A DNA stretch of 62,676 bases, filler included, from Sphacelaria rigidula (taxonomy: Eukaryota): assembly GCA_964200075.2 (NCBI GenBank). It is 7 parts of 7 records of this genome, joined end to end, with 100 filler letters (N's around TTAATTAATTAA, not from the genome) between each part and the next. Parts side by side here need not be neighbours in the genome. Positions count along the whole stretch, not along the records: positions 1 to 8,869 come from CAXNAA020009888.1; positions 8,970 to 17,838 come from CAXNAA020009889.1; 5 more parts are not named here. One strand, 5' to 3'. The stretch's first letter is position 1, and every line of letters begins with the position of its first letter. The notes under the pieces are model-generated. The model was not told where the DNA came from. It saw nothing but the letters and a program-made list of their open reading frames with translations, and did not search any database. Shown here in pieces: positions 1 to 13,900 of the stretch. Position numbers and translations under genes: made by a program.

Positions 1-1531
1 GCATCACCTCACAGAGAGGAGCACAGTCTGCTTTCCAGATTCGCTTGGCTCCGCGGTTCGAAATTGGCCGCGGAACAAAGATCTGCGCGGAAAAATCTGT
101 GCCTGCCGACCCCCATGATATGAGACAAATAATCACGATATTATATCGTCCGGATCAACTCTACTGACAAAAAATCGACCTGACGGTCGACGAGGGGAAG
201 GGACTGCTAAACCCCTCTCGCGATAAAAAATATAGGCAAGCACCGCAGAAGGAAGGTGGGGTGCTATGATAAAAACAAACGGAGAAGAAAAAGCTCCTGT
301 GTTGACCTTCCTCCCGTGTGACCTCGGCTGGTGCGCCCACATATACCACAACATGGTGTAGACCGGCGCCCAGAATAGATGGGACGACGACAACAACACA
401 CACACTGACAAATGCCGAAGATACGGTCACTTACTACCTGGTTTTGATCGCATGTTGCTGATCGGACATGGCGGCTGCTCATATTGAAAATGAGAATCAG
501 CGCCATGTTCCGGGGTTGAACTTTCTCTTGCTTCATGGGGTATCGAATTCTTGTCTACCGATCCGCATTGTATCCTATTGTGAGCGAACTAATGATATTC
601 TCACGCGTTGTTCACGTGGACGGTGTACCGTTCCCTCCTTGCGGAGGAACTACGGCAGGTCTTGGAATTTGACTGCGGGTCTGCGGTATACGTCATGTTG
701 TTTCCTTCAACCTTGTGGGAGAGCACAAGAGCGGGCGTGCTGTGGTGTGGTTGCAGGGTGTAGCGACAACACCTATCCAGATCGTATGAGGCCACGGTCA
801 AGCTTCTTATTTTCTGCCGACGTTTGCACAGTGGGGGCAGCTGAGCAGATATCTCGGGTACAGAGAGTGCGGTAAGAGGCTCCACACATGTTCAGTCCTC
901 CGGAAACCCAGACCAAAGGGTATGGCTTTCTTACCCTTTTGACCCGGATGCAGAAGATGCGCGAATACATCCTAAACCTCGGGGCGGTTACAGGCACGGT
1001 ACAGGCAGTATAGTATGATGCAGTGCAGCATGCCATGCTTGTAAACATGTTGTCAGTGAAGGTGGCGGAGGGTGCCTCTGTGATGCATCGTGTCAGAGTT
1101 CATCACAGTTCTTTGAATTGTAGTTTCATGAGTATGTCGATCATCATCCGTTGTCCGGATATGTAACCCCTTCAGCACCGGAGGTGTCCATTTGTGGAAA
1201 GAGCACCATTTAACCCCTTTTTCAAGCAATATGATCCCGATCCACATTTCTCTGGCGCTACGTCGTATAGCGATTGAGTGGCGATTGGCCGGGTGTGCCT
1301 CGCAGTTGCACTACACATACAAAGCTAGGAGACGTGTTCAGAACGCGGAACGAATGATTGACCAACTGCTGTCTGTAGTGTGCGACAGGGCGTGCGAAGA
1401 CAGGCGAGGATACGTAGGAAATCCATACCGTTGTTGAACGGACTACGCGCACGCGTGAGGATGCACGCACTACTGCAGCCTGCAGGCATAAGTCGTTGGA
1501 CTGTGATGCGTCGCTGTCACCTATTGACTAG

Positions 1532-4500
1532 TCATACCTGTGGCGACGACTGCCGCCCCACCACGGCGGGATGATGCGATGTCTGCATGTCTAGGTGATA
1601 CGATGGGCGACTTGATGAGTCCTTCCCATCAAGAAGACGGCCGGGATAACGAAGGGGAAGAAGAAATGCAGCTCGCGATCTCGCTCTCCCTCTCGCTCTC
1701 GGAACATGAGAATAATAGAAATGACGACTGTGAGGAGAGAGTAGAAAGAGCGAAAAAACGGAGCCGCGACGAGTTGGAGGGAGCAGACCCTGTGCAAAAG
1801 GACAAGAGGAGTGAGGAAGCGGGAAATGAAGAGCAGCTATACATGCAGGAGGAGGAGGAGGATGGGGAAGGCGAGGTGGAGGGATATGGGTTGGAAGAAG
1901 GCGAGGTGTTGGAATATGAGTTGGAGGAAGGCGAGATGTGGCAAGACGATGAATCCTTGTACCTGTACGAAGAGGAAGAAGAGGAAGAAGAGGTAGAAGA
2001 GGAAGACGAGAAAGGGACTGGGGGAGGTTTTGAAGAGGAGACGTTATTCTCAGATTTGCACGATGGAGGAGGGCACAGTGACGTGCACGACATGCTTGAA
2101 CTCCTGTGAGTTGTTGGCCAATGTTGCAAACAAAACCGTGTCAACTGATGGGCTGTATATTCCCTCCGAAGACGACGTGGTGTCTCGTGTCTTCTCGCAA
2201 GATGAACGATGTTCGTAGACGACTGAACCTCGAATCGAACGAGAAAAGCAAAGGATCCTGGATGCTGGGCTATACTCTCGCCTTTGCATATTCGTATCAT
2301 CAATAGTAGTAGTAGTCTAGAGTGACGTTCTCCACGAGGAAAGATGTGAGCACGATGAAAGATGAAAATGAACACACATGAAAAGTTAGAAGTTGGCCTC
2401 GCGGATGTATTCAAAAATAAGAACCTGTATGCTACTGCTGCAACCGGGTCAACCGTTCCGGAGCTGAAATCGCAGCGTTTGCCAAGCTGCATTTTCCCTT
2501 TCCTTTTCCTTTACTCGCGATGGCTACACCTGCCGAGTTCTGCTACGCTTGTTTTCAGTACGGGCTCATTGTAGCCAGTAACAGCTTGGTTTTGAAATCG
2601 TCAAGGCGAAACGGCCACCCATATATACTGTAGCCCCATGCATCACACATTTGCTACGACACAACGCACCGCTCACTTTCGCCATTTGGACTCTGAAGGC
2701 GCAATCCAGTTACCAGGCCCCGGGAGCAAGAAGCCATTGTCGCCGCCCTGCTGGCCGGGTACCATGCCCACGTCGAATGCATCAGCCGCGGCAAGGAGGC
2801 CCCGGGAGTGATGGATGCTGTTTTGGCCATATTCGGCGTCTGCTTGGAGAAGGACCGTTACAAAGATGCCGTGGTGAGCGTTCCAACCGCTGGACATGAA
2901 CTATGACGAATTGCGCTTCAGGTGATATCCGGTGGGAGCGTTCATGTGAACTTGGTGTCAACACGTGCAATGCGTGTTTCTGCTCTGACGATTGCCGCGG
3001 GGTGAAGCATTACGTCTGAGGCTAGGGTGGATCTGCTGCTGTAAGGGTCTCCATGAAAATATTTAGTCTACCATGGACGCAATAACAGCACGGCACATCT
3101 TGAACCGATGGGAATCGGACATCAGATTTTCCAGGTTCATCATGGATCACACTTGGTGGCGCTTGTGAGCCTTTCGGACATTTTCCAGCCCATGTTTTGG
3201 CTTCTCGATAGTTTTCAAGATTTGCCGAATGTTTCACGGTGCCCTTGAAACAGGTGAAGATGCGTAAACATACTTCCTCTGTCGAATCAATTGGGATGTA
3301 TGCCATGCCACTAAATTTGCAATCGTTGAAAAGATAAAATGTAACGTAAGGTGAGGAGGGAAATATGATGAAAAAAAATATCCGACGTACGCCTTTGGTT
3401 CAGAATTCGGGTCAAAAATGACCCAATTTTGGGCACTTCGAAATCTGAGCTTTGCCAAATTCGACTGATTTTTACGGTTTTCGTACTGAACATGAGTGCA
3501 AACGCGGCGGCAAAGTGGTTTTGGTCGGGACGCAGTAAGCCTCTACACGAGAGGTATGCTAGAACAACGTTTTTTTTTTTTGCCACTTGTTCCGTGTCTT
3601 CCTTTTTTTTTCTCTCGGAAAAGGGGCGAAATACGACCATTTTCGGGCCGACTGATTTATTTCGGCCGTTCGGTGAGGTGAGCGACATGTGTTGGGAGGA
3701 AAAAAAGCCAGTTTCGGCATAAAGAACACGGAAGAATTCATTAAAAAGACGGGAAAAGAATCGGGCACGGTTAGGGGTCCTTATAAACGTAACTACCTGA
3801 ACTTATTAGACAGAGGAAATATCGCGTTAATGTGCGTATTCTCAATGGCTGCTCTCCTCGACAAAGAAAAACGCCCGACCTTGGCGCCCACCTATCGAAC
3901 TCAAAAATTGTACAACAAGCGGAAGTGACCTCTCAACCATGCTCTTGTTTGGGCTAAGCGCCGGCTACGCTTAGTGAGACTGCGTTGTTCTCATATCCGC
4001 GCGTGTCTACGCTCTCGTTTGTATTCAACGGCCACGTGGCAAAACAGGTGCAGGGTGCGAATCCACCCCGTCCTCGCTTTCAGCATAGTTCCCCGCAACG
4101 GTCTGAGATTCGCTTGCAAGGCGGTGCACAGGAAGCTTCACCCGTATTGTTCTCTGGCTTCTCTCGCGCGCTGCATTGGTGTGCAGGAACTTCTAGGTCA
4201 GATTTCGGCCGATGTTGGAGGTGGTCTGACCGAGCTGCTGGCCGGCATCGGCGTCATTTGGCGCTCTTTGGCTGCTACAGCGAACCCACCCCGGGCGAGT
4301 ACACTCACTACCAAGAGATGGCACTTGCTTGTCTTTTTTTTTCGTGGCGTAAATGGCGACCGACCCACCCCGGTCGCCAGACACGGCCGCTGCTTTTGTG
4401 CGGGCGTGCGGAAGTATAGCGTCGTTTTCGTCTGGCGAAGGTTTGGTTTGAGGTTGGCTCGATTGGTAGATTAATTCATTGTCGTACATTAAATGACCTC

Positions 4501-7500
4501 TGAGGGTCATTATCCAGCCAGCTGTGGTCATTACCCACAATGTAGAACGTGTGTATCCAAGGGGCACAAGACGGAGCGCTCGCTGAAAAAAAGTGAAGAA
4601 AAACAGAAGGACTGAAGGACAGAGGGACAGAACAGACAGAGAAGCTGGAGAAGAAAAAGAGCGAAAAAATAGTCTAGAAATGGCCGGCCTCTGCAAGATG
4701 TCTCCAGGTAGAGAAGGTCTTGCGCAAAAAGCACATGCACTCATTCGTACCCAAACGAAGACAAAAAATAAGCCGTGGGAACACAGATTGGGGCTCAGCT
4801 ATTTCGGTCATACTATCTTGAGTATTACCTCTCACCCATGAACCCTATCTATGGCCTCTTGTTCCATTTGATCACCCTGTATTTATTCCTGCACCTGCAA
4901 TGCGCTCTGGCGGCCACAGGATAGTGAGATCATCGAACAGCCTGAGGCGGAGGCCGTGTACAAGGCTGGAGGGAGAATCATCGCACGGATCGGCCGCACG
5001 TGCGAGAATTTCGTGACGGTACGCAGTCGTTGGCTGCGTGATCCTCTCCGTAACTTTCGGCACAAGATGATCGAGCCTATTCAAATGTTTCCGTCTGACG
5101 TTGAGTTCCCGGCAGGAGTACCGTTGCTGGCTACCTCTCTGACTACAAAATATCACAAACAAAATCATCTTGCAGCGAGGTAATGTGTATGAATCCCGGT
5201 GCGAGCGTCTCCTCACACAATTTGTTTTTATAGGGAATCTCCTGCAGTACAGTACATAAAGATCCTGAAACTTTGGCGCGACCTGATTGTGTCAAGACCC
5301 ATTGTTCAAGTGAAAATGCTGCCTACTCAGCAGATTGACCCCCTCTGGGCGGTCATGCAGTCAGTCAAGATCGGGTAGACTCCGCGTTCGACTCGGATGT
5401 GCTGAAAATATATCGTTCGGCGAGCTTTCCCCGGACAACTGCCATTGCTACTGCACACGGTCAAGAATCTGTGCTGTTGTCTCGTGAGAGCGACCTGATC
5501 CCACGCGATGTTCTCGCATGCTCGAGACGTATAATTTTAGACTGAGCTTGCGTTCGTGGCAGGCTTTGGGTGCGTGGAGAACGTGGGAGCCGCTCACCAC
5601 AGTGAAAATGGTTGCGTACCTTCAAGCCGTGGACTTGCGACTCAGAGTATTCCGCGGCATTAGTGGTAAGTCCTCTGTTGTTGTTGTTGTTGGATGCGGT
5701 GATTTAATTTGTTTTGTGTTTGTTCTGGAAAGAGGAGCCTATGTCTGTGACCACGTGTTCGAGATATCGGGCGAATGTGCGGAAATAATAAACAATAATT
5801 AGGTTGAATGCGGTGGCTTTGTCTTGTGGGGTTTTGTTGCACTCTTTGCTATGTGAACCGCACACCAATAACTAGGCCAGTTCGAGTGGTGTAAAGCCAG
5901 CTGGCACACCGTCTTCAGTCTCTACGCAGTAGCAAAGCTGCGTGTTGAAATCGATACATCTTGCTAGTACATCGTCTTGGCCCCAGACACGGTAGTGGTA
6001 GCCGGCGGTCTCAATTTGTCAGTATTCAATTGAGTGTGTGCATGCCACAGTCATCTCCCAATCGTTGTTGACGTATATGCCGTGATTTTGTTTTCGTGTG
6101 TGATGCACAGCGTGTGGTAGTGCAGTGGAGTACGTGGACTTGACGCGCTCTACTTTTTCTTTTTTTCACGACGAGCACAAGACTACTTGCGTACTTTACA
6201 CATCTCACACCTCACGTCTCACACCTCACACGCCATCAGTGCCGCCACGTCCCTGTGGTGTAAATTAAAATGTTTCGAGTGTATCCATTAGGGTGAAAAG
6301 AACGTGAGTTCGATTCCCGATGCGTTGGGTTTATCTTCGAATCATCTGATTGCCTACCGTCGGAAGCGTGAGTACGTAAGTAAACAAAGATTAGTTGATT
6401 GGGTTGGTTTGACGAGAGTTGACGCGGTGCGAAAGTGCTGACAGGCATGATCCAATCCATGAGACAAAAACTCAAGGCGTGTACCCGGCAGAGATGGGTT
6501 GCTCGAACCCCTTAATACGACGGACTCGCCCCGAGGGAAAGGAAGGGGAGGGATCCAAAGTGCGACAAATGAAAGAAAAAAAATCAGAACGGCGCTAGAC
6601 AAGGCGCGCTTCTGTCCTTAACGCCCTTTCTCTTGGGAAAATGGTGTCTGGGGGCGTTAAAGGTTGCATCCTAAGCTTAATGATGAGGTCGGCTTGATTT
6701 GAAAGAATGATTGGTGCCAGAACGTGTATATTTATCTTGTGCCAGTTGCGCTTCCTGCGCATCCTAACTTCGCGACTTTCGACATTCAATACTCGAGGAG
6801 ATCGGCGAACCGGCGCATATGCAGCGCTACCGTCTCTGGGGGCGTTTTTTCGGCAGCTGATTATCCTTCATGCATTTTTTTTCTTTTTTATTTCAACTAC
6901 TGGCACTGTTGGGCCTTCATGACTCTGCCAAGAGTTTGGTTAACCAATTTGCAGATCATCGTACCCCGGCAGCAGCAGACGTTCACGCCTGACAATATTG
7001 TGGCGACCAGGCCGCTATGCCTTGGCCCAGCTTTCATTGCACCACGCCATCCCCCGGGAATTCTATAACTACTACGCATTTCCGCTTCTCCACCTTGTCC
7101 GTCGTAATTTGGGTGAGAATGGAGAAAAGCGTAACACCACTTTTACAAATTTCTCCTCGATCCCGCCGTGCGAACTTGATAGAGTCATTATCGTCATTAT
7201 CGTGCACGGAAGCTCACCCCATCGAGGGATGCAGATCCTCGCCCTTCCTTCCCATTATTGGTTCATGGGGTTTTGTACCGCGATTCGTGGTCATGTTCCA
7301 GCGTGTAAAGGTACGCTGTTTCGGAGTAAAAAATGATGCGCAGGCGTTCGGTGCCGTCTCTCACACACGACAACTTCCCTGCGGATTCGCTCTTCCGTGG
7401 ATCTGCTGCTGTTGTGCACTGCTCCATGTATACCACTGCATGCCTTCCTCAAACGTTTGCCAGCGGAATCTCGCCGTGATTGCCGCGCGGCCCCCTGTGG

Positions 7501-7852
7501 AATCGAGGAAGATGAGGACGGGACATTCATCATGGAGCTTGGTGTGAACGTGCGCTCCAAGCTGAGGGAAGGCTTCGTCGATAATCTTCTCTTGGTCGAG
7601 ATGCAACTGATGGCGACTCTCATCAAAAACCGCGATCCTTGGATAACAAAAAGGAAGGAGAAAAAGAAGATGAAGAAGTCAGCGGCTTCGGAAAGAATTG
7701 TCGAAACCACACAACAAGTTTGCCGCGACATGTGTCCCCGCTTGCTTAGTCTGTCAACCAGCTTATTGAGTGCTCGTGTGCGCGACATTGCGGTACTTCT
7801 GGCGGAAGCTAGTGCGATCGAGCGAGAAAGTGGATTCAATGGCGAAATCGAG
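1532..7852 (+). CDS. Unidentified multi-exon protein-coding gene, partial. Exons ~1532-2105, 2717-2873, 4920-5179, 5541-5665, 7344-7852; UIM-like motif and Glu-rich tract in the first large exon
   Basis: All five segments are bounded by AG/GT (donors gtgagt 2106, gtgagc 2874, gtaatg 5180, gtaagt 5666, gtaagc 7853). Intron phases join in frame (2, 0, 2, 1) with no stops. EEEMQLAISLSLSLSE resembles a ubiquitin-interacting motif. Micro-exons 832-871 and 1379-1413 also fit in phase but are weaker. Start and 3' end not established. Confidence 0.6.
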
Positions 7853-7875
7853 GTAAGCTATTATTGCACTGTTCA

Positions 7876-8004
7876 GAGGGGGGTACGTGCTGTGGCCGAC
7901 GACGTAACCTCCCCCCCCCCCCTAGTACGTTGCTCCGTCTCGAAAGGGATGCGTGGTCAATGATCGAACGACTAAGGCAAGCAGCAAATGAGTACGCCCC
8001 CCCC
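7876..8004 (-). mobile_element. Dispersed short repeat, putative tRNA-derived SINE (longest copy)
   Basis: Reverse complement begins GGGGGCGTACTCATTTG and runs to TTTCGAGACGGAGC. The same sequence recurs at 42219-42290 and 53654-53709, and partially at 18018-18075. Confidence 0.55.
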
Positions 8005-8039
8005 AAGTACCTTGAAGATATCCCATCGATATAATTAAA

Positions 8040-8869
8040 ATGAACAAGTTAGAAATTCTCTCGAAGGAGATCGAGAGAGAGATGGTGAGGAAGGGCGGAT
8101 GGCGGAGTAAAGGTTGGTCGGGTAAGGTACTAGTAGTGCTGGTATTCGGAGTTCGTAGCGACATGACGAGAATGGAGTTTAAAAAGAAATGCAGTGAAGT
8201 TGGATTATACTGTTTGGCAAGAGGAAAAATAGAGAGGGAGGAAGAACACTTCCGAGTCACACTCAAACAGAGAGCGAGCAAGGGGTGGCAAATGATAGGA
8301 ACAAGTAACGTATCGGCATGGATTAGAAGGGTAGGATGGAGAGTATGCATTGCTAACGGAACAACAAACCTGAGACGTAGTCCACGGGGAAACGGAGGGA
8401 AAGAGAGGGGGGAACAGGTGAATGCCCGGAAGGGGAAGGAGAGGGGACACAGCGCCCCGAATCAAATGGACAAAGTCCAAACCGGCAAGGGGCAGAACAA
8501 TCAAGCAAGGGAAAATAGAAGTAAGAGACACGGGAAGAGGATAGGAGACAACAAGAGAGCAGAAAATGATTCGGAGAGGAAGTTGAGAATAGGATCGTGG
8601 AGCGTATGTGGATTCGCCACAGACGAGCGCGAATGAGGAGAGATAGTGAAACAAGTGAGTAAACACGACCTAGATATAGTAGGAGTTCAAGAGTCATGGG
8701 AGAAAGACAGGGTAGAAATAGGATGCAAAGTTTAAGAGTACGCGTGGATAGGGAAAAGGCGGAAGGGACACAAGGACAAGAGCAGGGGAGCGGGGGGAGT
8801 AAGGTTTTCAGTCAAGGAAGACCTGTGTGATATTGTTGAAGTGATCGATGACACGAAATTCGACGAGAG
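8040..8869 (+). mobile_element. LINE (non-LTR retrotransposon) 5' part with degenerate apurinic-type endonuclease N-terminus, cut by a gap
   Basis: LRIGSWSVCG...*...DLDIVGVQESWE matches the start of the APE/EEP domain. It is preceded by a basic, purine-rich ORF and has in-frame stops at ~8634 and ~8733. Confidence 0.8.
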
Positions 8870-8969
8870 NNNNNNNNNNNNNNNNNNNNNNNNNNNNNNN
8901 NNNNNNNNNNNNNTTAATTAATTAANNNNNNNNNNNNNNNNNNNNNNNNNNNNNNNNNNNNNNNNNNNN
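8870..8969. other. Artificial contig spacer N44-TTAATTAATTAA-N44; also at 17839-17938, 26807-26906, 35775-35874, 44743-44842, 53710-53809
   Basis: Six identical 100-nt blocks. TTAATTAATTAA gives stops in all six frames, as in standard contig-joining linkers. Confidence 0.95.
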
Positions 8970-10981
8970 CTCGGCGATCACCACTATCGCTCGACAGACT
9001 CGCATCATCGATGTTACTAGCATGTACCCAATTTTTCATGTATAACAGTGTTTTCGTGAGATTGAGATTAGATGATACGATTGAGAGAGGCTTTGATCGT
9101 TCGCTTTCAGTGAGTCATTTTTCTATTCCACGTGTGTTCTTCTTCACCTTCATCACTTGCGTATGCTTACAGCTTACACGTCGATTTCCTACCCCGGGAT
9201 ATCAGAGGCCTCAGTGGCCGGCTGTTGCAGAGAGCATGTTGGGCCTCGTGGATGTGTATTTTGGAACTAAAACGATTCATTCACTGATTGACCACTTTTC
9301 ACTCTCAATCGTATCATCCACTCTCGATCTCACGAAAACGCTGTTGTATGTTGTCCCAGAACACCGACAGCTGCGGTGAGATGTCGCCTCTTCTTGCTTC
9401 CTTGTCGCCTCTTATTGCTTTCTTGATGCAAGATCGTTTCGATACTCTTGTCCCTGTTTGGACAAGACGCGCGTCTGTGCAGTGAAAAACATGTTGAAAA
9501 ACAGGGCAATATTCCCGTCACCGCTACTACTGTCCTTCGTCACAAACATGCCAGCAAGGGTGGTGCTGCAGAAATATCAGATAGATCCATTTGGAACTCG
9601 AGGGGTGTTATTCATCGTCGATTTGCTCCGACGTCCCCAAGCCGGGCAGGCGAGCACAACAGCGTGCCACACGCCAGTCGTCAGGGGGTCCATGAGAGGT
9701 GGAAAACTCCTAGGGACCTCTTTGACATGCGGAGTGAAAAAACATACCTACGGTGGTGGCCGAACTGTTGCTAGCATCGTTCAGAGGGGGGCGTCAGCTG
9801 CGATCGGGAGCTTTCGTTCATCCACTCCACCTCCCGTCTGCAGACGTCTACCTATATAGGAAACACTGGGTGTGGATGTCACAGATGTCATCATGTACCC
9901 AAATTTGGAAAACCTTTGAAAACGGAAGAGTTTGTTTTTTCAAAGCACATCGACAAGGTCGAAAATTTCAAGTACATTTACAGGCAGAAATTCTATCTGG
10001 GGACGACTGCTTCACTGGGCGAGAGGATTCCGGGAAATTCAGGCGATGGTGCAGACGAGACAATATGATGACGCCCGGGCGCTAAATCGAGTGTACGTTG
10101 TCGACCAAAAGAAGCCAAGCGCGCCAAGTTGATGTTTTGTTGCAAGCCAGCTCATGCTTGTACAACCCCAGCGAGCGGGGTGTTCGCTCCTTGTGCGCCG
10201 CAGGATTCCCCTAGAAGTGTCGTTGACACCTCAACAACAGAAGAAATATAAGCAACTGCACAGAGCACCTGATGCTCGTGAGTTGTTGATCCTAAAAGCA
10301 TGCTGGGGCCTACGAGCGCCTGCTCATCGCAGAATATACGCGTTCAACGACAGTATTTGATGCAGGTGTCAGGTAGCCGTATGGAGTTGGGGGGGGGGGG
10401 TGGTGCTCGGGCTTCCGTTGTTCACTTCAGGGCGAATGCTGTCGGTTGCTAGACCTGCTATTAATCTACACAACATGACAAGTTCGGGTGATTCAAGATT
10501 GCTTCTGTATGGTACGGCGAAGCGTGACCAGTACGGTAGGGCTCGCGCCGAGGCACAAAATCACAGTTCATCGGATGGAACTTCATCGAATTGGAAAGGA
10601 AAAGTATGCTTTGACAACTACGCATGCTAAATGCAGAACAAATACGAGCATTTGCTGAGACAATCGCTCGGCTACAGCAACAGAACACCAGGGCAAAAAT
10701 GATCGAACAGGGGGCATAAAACACACTCGACAGCAATTGCCACGACCATTCTCGGCTCCAACAATGTCTGCTTTGCAGGATTGCGGGCCTGTACATGTGA
10801 GGATAACGCTCCATTCCAGCCTCGGGAGTTCAATCGTATTTGTAACAACCCTGTTCCCGACACGGATGCTCTTCATGCTTCTCGAAACTCCACTTGGCTA
10901 CATAGCTCATGCATGTGGCATCGCCAACATCGGGCGAGCAATATCCTCTCCAGGTCGCGTGCTCCGAGATTTCGGGTGCTT

Positions 10982-13900
10982 TCACTTGAAGCATTTCCCG
11001 TCCAGAACGGGCCGTCCCTCTACGGTAGTCTCGGAGCACCACATTTCAGTCACGAGGGCTTTGTCCGCGTCGGAAACAGGTGTGGCGATCTTGGTCCAGT
11101 CGTACCTGCAGTAGTGCAGTCCATGAATTTTCTCCGGTTAAACACTTAGTATCAAGAAACTCGTGTTGCAATCAGCTAATGTGAGATTATTAATCGATCA
11201 CTGAAGAAACGCGACCCTGATACAGGGGGGAAAGCTCACACAGAATGGGCAAGTTCAACAGAATTGTGAAACGCCATGACCAATTGCCACGGGTAAACTA
11301 CGCTCAACGAACCTTCATCGGCCGAAGGGTTGATCGACGGTTCGGATTCGAGACTAGGGTCCTGTTAAGCACGATCTAGCATCCTTGGTTGAAAGGGTCA
11401 GGACGTCACGAGCAAAAAAACTCGACTACAATGAAGGGGGGTGCGGGGGCGCTGAACCAAGACGTGTACTCCAGAGGGATCCTGGGTGAGAAAAGGGAGA
11501 GTTAATCCTTGTCTATCACCAGGTTGTGTCGAGGGAGAGGGTGGGGGGGGGTTATAACTGCCGACAAAATACAAGGGGCACCCTAACCCAAAACCAAACT
11601 CCAGCGGCGGACGGATCCTGCTTTCATTATGAAACTCCGCTGAAGCCTGAAATTTTACCAGGAGGACTTCTTGCACAGCCTACGCTTCATCACCCATAGG
11701 TGACGCAAGTGTGATCGTGTCGTTTTCCTCGGACCCCTTACATGGATACACTTTCCCCTTCCGTCACCCGCCTCCACATTTTCCCCGGGCACATTCGCCG
11801 ACGTGTGGCTAGCAGAATCCACCAATTTCCGGTTTCAGTACCAACTCCAAATCGCATATTTCACACCTGCAAAACTCTGACGGTCAACATCGCCATTTTC
11901 TACAATCGCACATTACCTCTTCTCCAAATTTCATGTCTACTGTTTAATTTAAATCACGGGCGAAAATTCCAAGAGAGGTGAATTCTAATTTACTTGTCAA
12001 CCTGTGTTCCGTGGGGAATACGTCTCCGAGCAAGTCGAGGAGCGGCTTGGACCGAGCTCCTTGAAATGAAATGAATATTTATTTACAGTCACGTATATCT
12101 TCGAGGACCTCATGCTCACCGAGCTCCTCAGCAAGGCTTTCGGGCGTTTCACAAGATTGTACCAAAGCATTCTTGCCTCGGTTTCGGGGTGAAAAGGGGA
12201 CGCTTGTAGCCTGAAGACGGTGCTCACGTACATGCAGTATCCCTCGGGGGAACGGAAGACTGGAACCCCCCCAACGAACTTCCAGGAAGGTCGGAAGACA
12301 TGGTATCATGAACATAATTTCTTACTACTTGAGGTCAGGGAAGGCGTTCTCCTTATATCCTTGACCCTCATGGGGCTGGGCCATCAGAACGATCAGTGAG
12401 GCTGGTTAAAAATGACACGTCCTGCTTATGCATGAAAAAGTGGCTTCATGTTGCTGGATGTTCCAGAGTGTATGTAACCGCAGGGTTAGATGGAGACCAA
12501 AAGTTTCATCCAATCTATTTCCAGGTGCAGGTACATGCTGTCACTACTATAATTTGGGTGTTGTGCGCATCGGATAATGTATAAATATCATGGAGCAGTA
12601 TGAGTCGCCGTGGAGAGCTCTCAACAGGATGTGGCAACCGCCGCCCGCGACTTGTGGCCTTGGATGCTGTTTCCATCACCTTGCCACACAGTCCTTCGTG
12701 GTTGGGGTGTGCCACGATTTCATTTGTTCTTGAAAGCGGCAATACTTCTTCGAACGGCATAAGCCTTGCGCCGCAGATACAGTACAGTGCAACACGCCTC
12801 TTCGATTACAGCAGCTGCCGCTGCATACTTCCTCAAATATTCTGGGTAGTTCTCCGCGAAGGAAATGAGCTGCCTAAACCCAGCTTCTTCGTTACAGTCG
12901 ATTACGTACGATCTCACCGCCGCTTGTACAGCTTCAACAGAGGGATGTGCGGAGCTCATGCCTTCAGCTCCGTCTTTGGTCAAGCAGCGTTGCTGGATTC
13001 AGTCGCCTCATGAGGATGACCACGTCTATGGTATGGGGCGGGCCAGCCGAGAAGCAAATTTGTAGATATAAGACCCTTTGTAAGGCCAGCATCTCGAGTT
13101 AGACCCTGAAATTTGGTATCGACAAGGAATGGGGCATAATAAAAACAATCACCAGTGCGGTGCACACGAGGTTTCTGTTTCATGAAATAGGGGCATCTCA
13201 CTGATACCTAAAAAGTGATGTGTGCCCTCAACTCATGAAAAAAAAACATTGTGCGCACTGGTGATTGTTTTCATCATCTCCTATTCAATGTCCATACCAA
13301 ATTGCAGGAGTCAACTCCATATTGCCCGTACAAGCGGCCGTTTGGAGACGGGGTCAGAAGAAATTTGGAACAGCAGTTTGCAGGCCCATTACCAGCTAAC
13401 ATTGGTGCTCATGTATCGAAACCGTGTGTGGGCCGTAGCCAAGGCATTATTGACGAAACTGAGGGGGTCAGGTTGATTTTTCTCCACTGGCTCAGGGCGT
13501 TGTAGTGTGGAAACCGTCATTTGTTCACGAGAACGACCGAAGCTTTACCAAAAAAACACAAGTGAGGGCTCATTCCTTCATTCAGCACACATCTGTAGTT
13601 GTTCAACTCGAGTTTCAGAATGATTCAAGGGTCGGACAAATAATAAGTCTCAAAATTACTTGGTTTCAGCATGATGAGTCGACTCGTGACGAATCAATCC
13701 CTGGGCTTCATCTAAGCGTTGCAACCCAAATACACGCAGCTCAGAAACGTGGAATGGCGCAAAAATTGCGTGGATACCCCTTGGAACTGCGATCAACCCT
13801 TTCTTCCTCTTTGGGCAATCAGGCCGAGGAAATCGTGAATTTGGTGATTTTGAGTCGTGATGATTTGTCTCAACCGTGGAATGATTCGAAAAATTGAGCT

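Noticed and set aside
1629-2492. 287-aa Ser-rich minus-strand ORF
   Set aside because: Antisense shadow of the Glu-rich plus-strand exon.
10400-10980. VCFDNY motif resembling the first Academ catalytic motif
   Set aside because: Isolated match in short ORFs directly downstream of the EEF1G stop; more simply 3' UTR.
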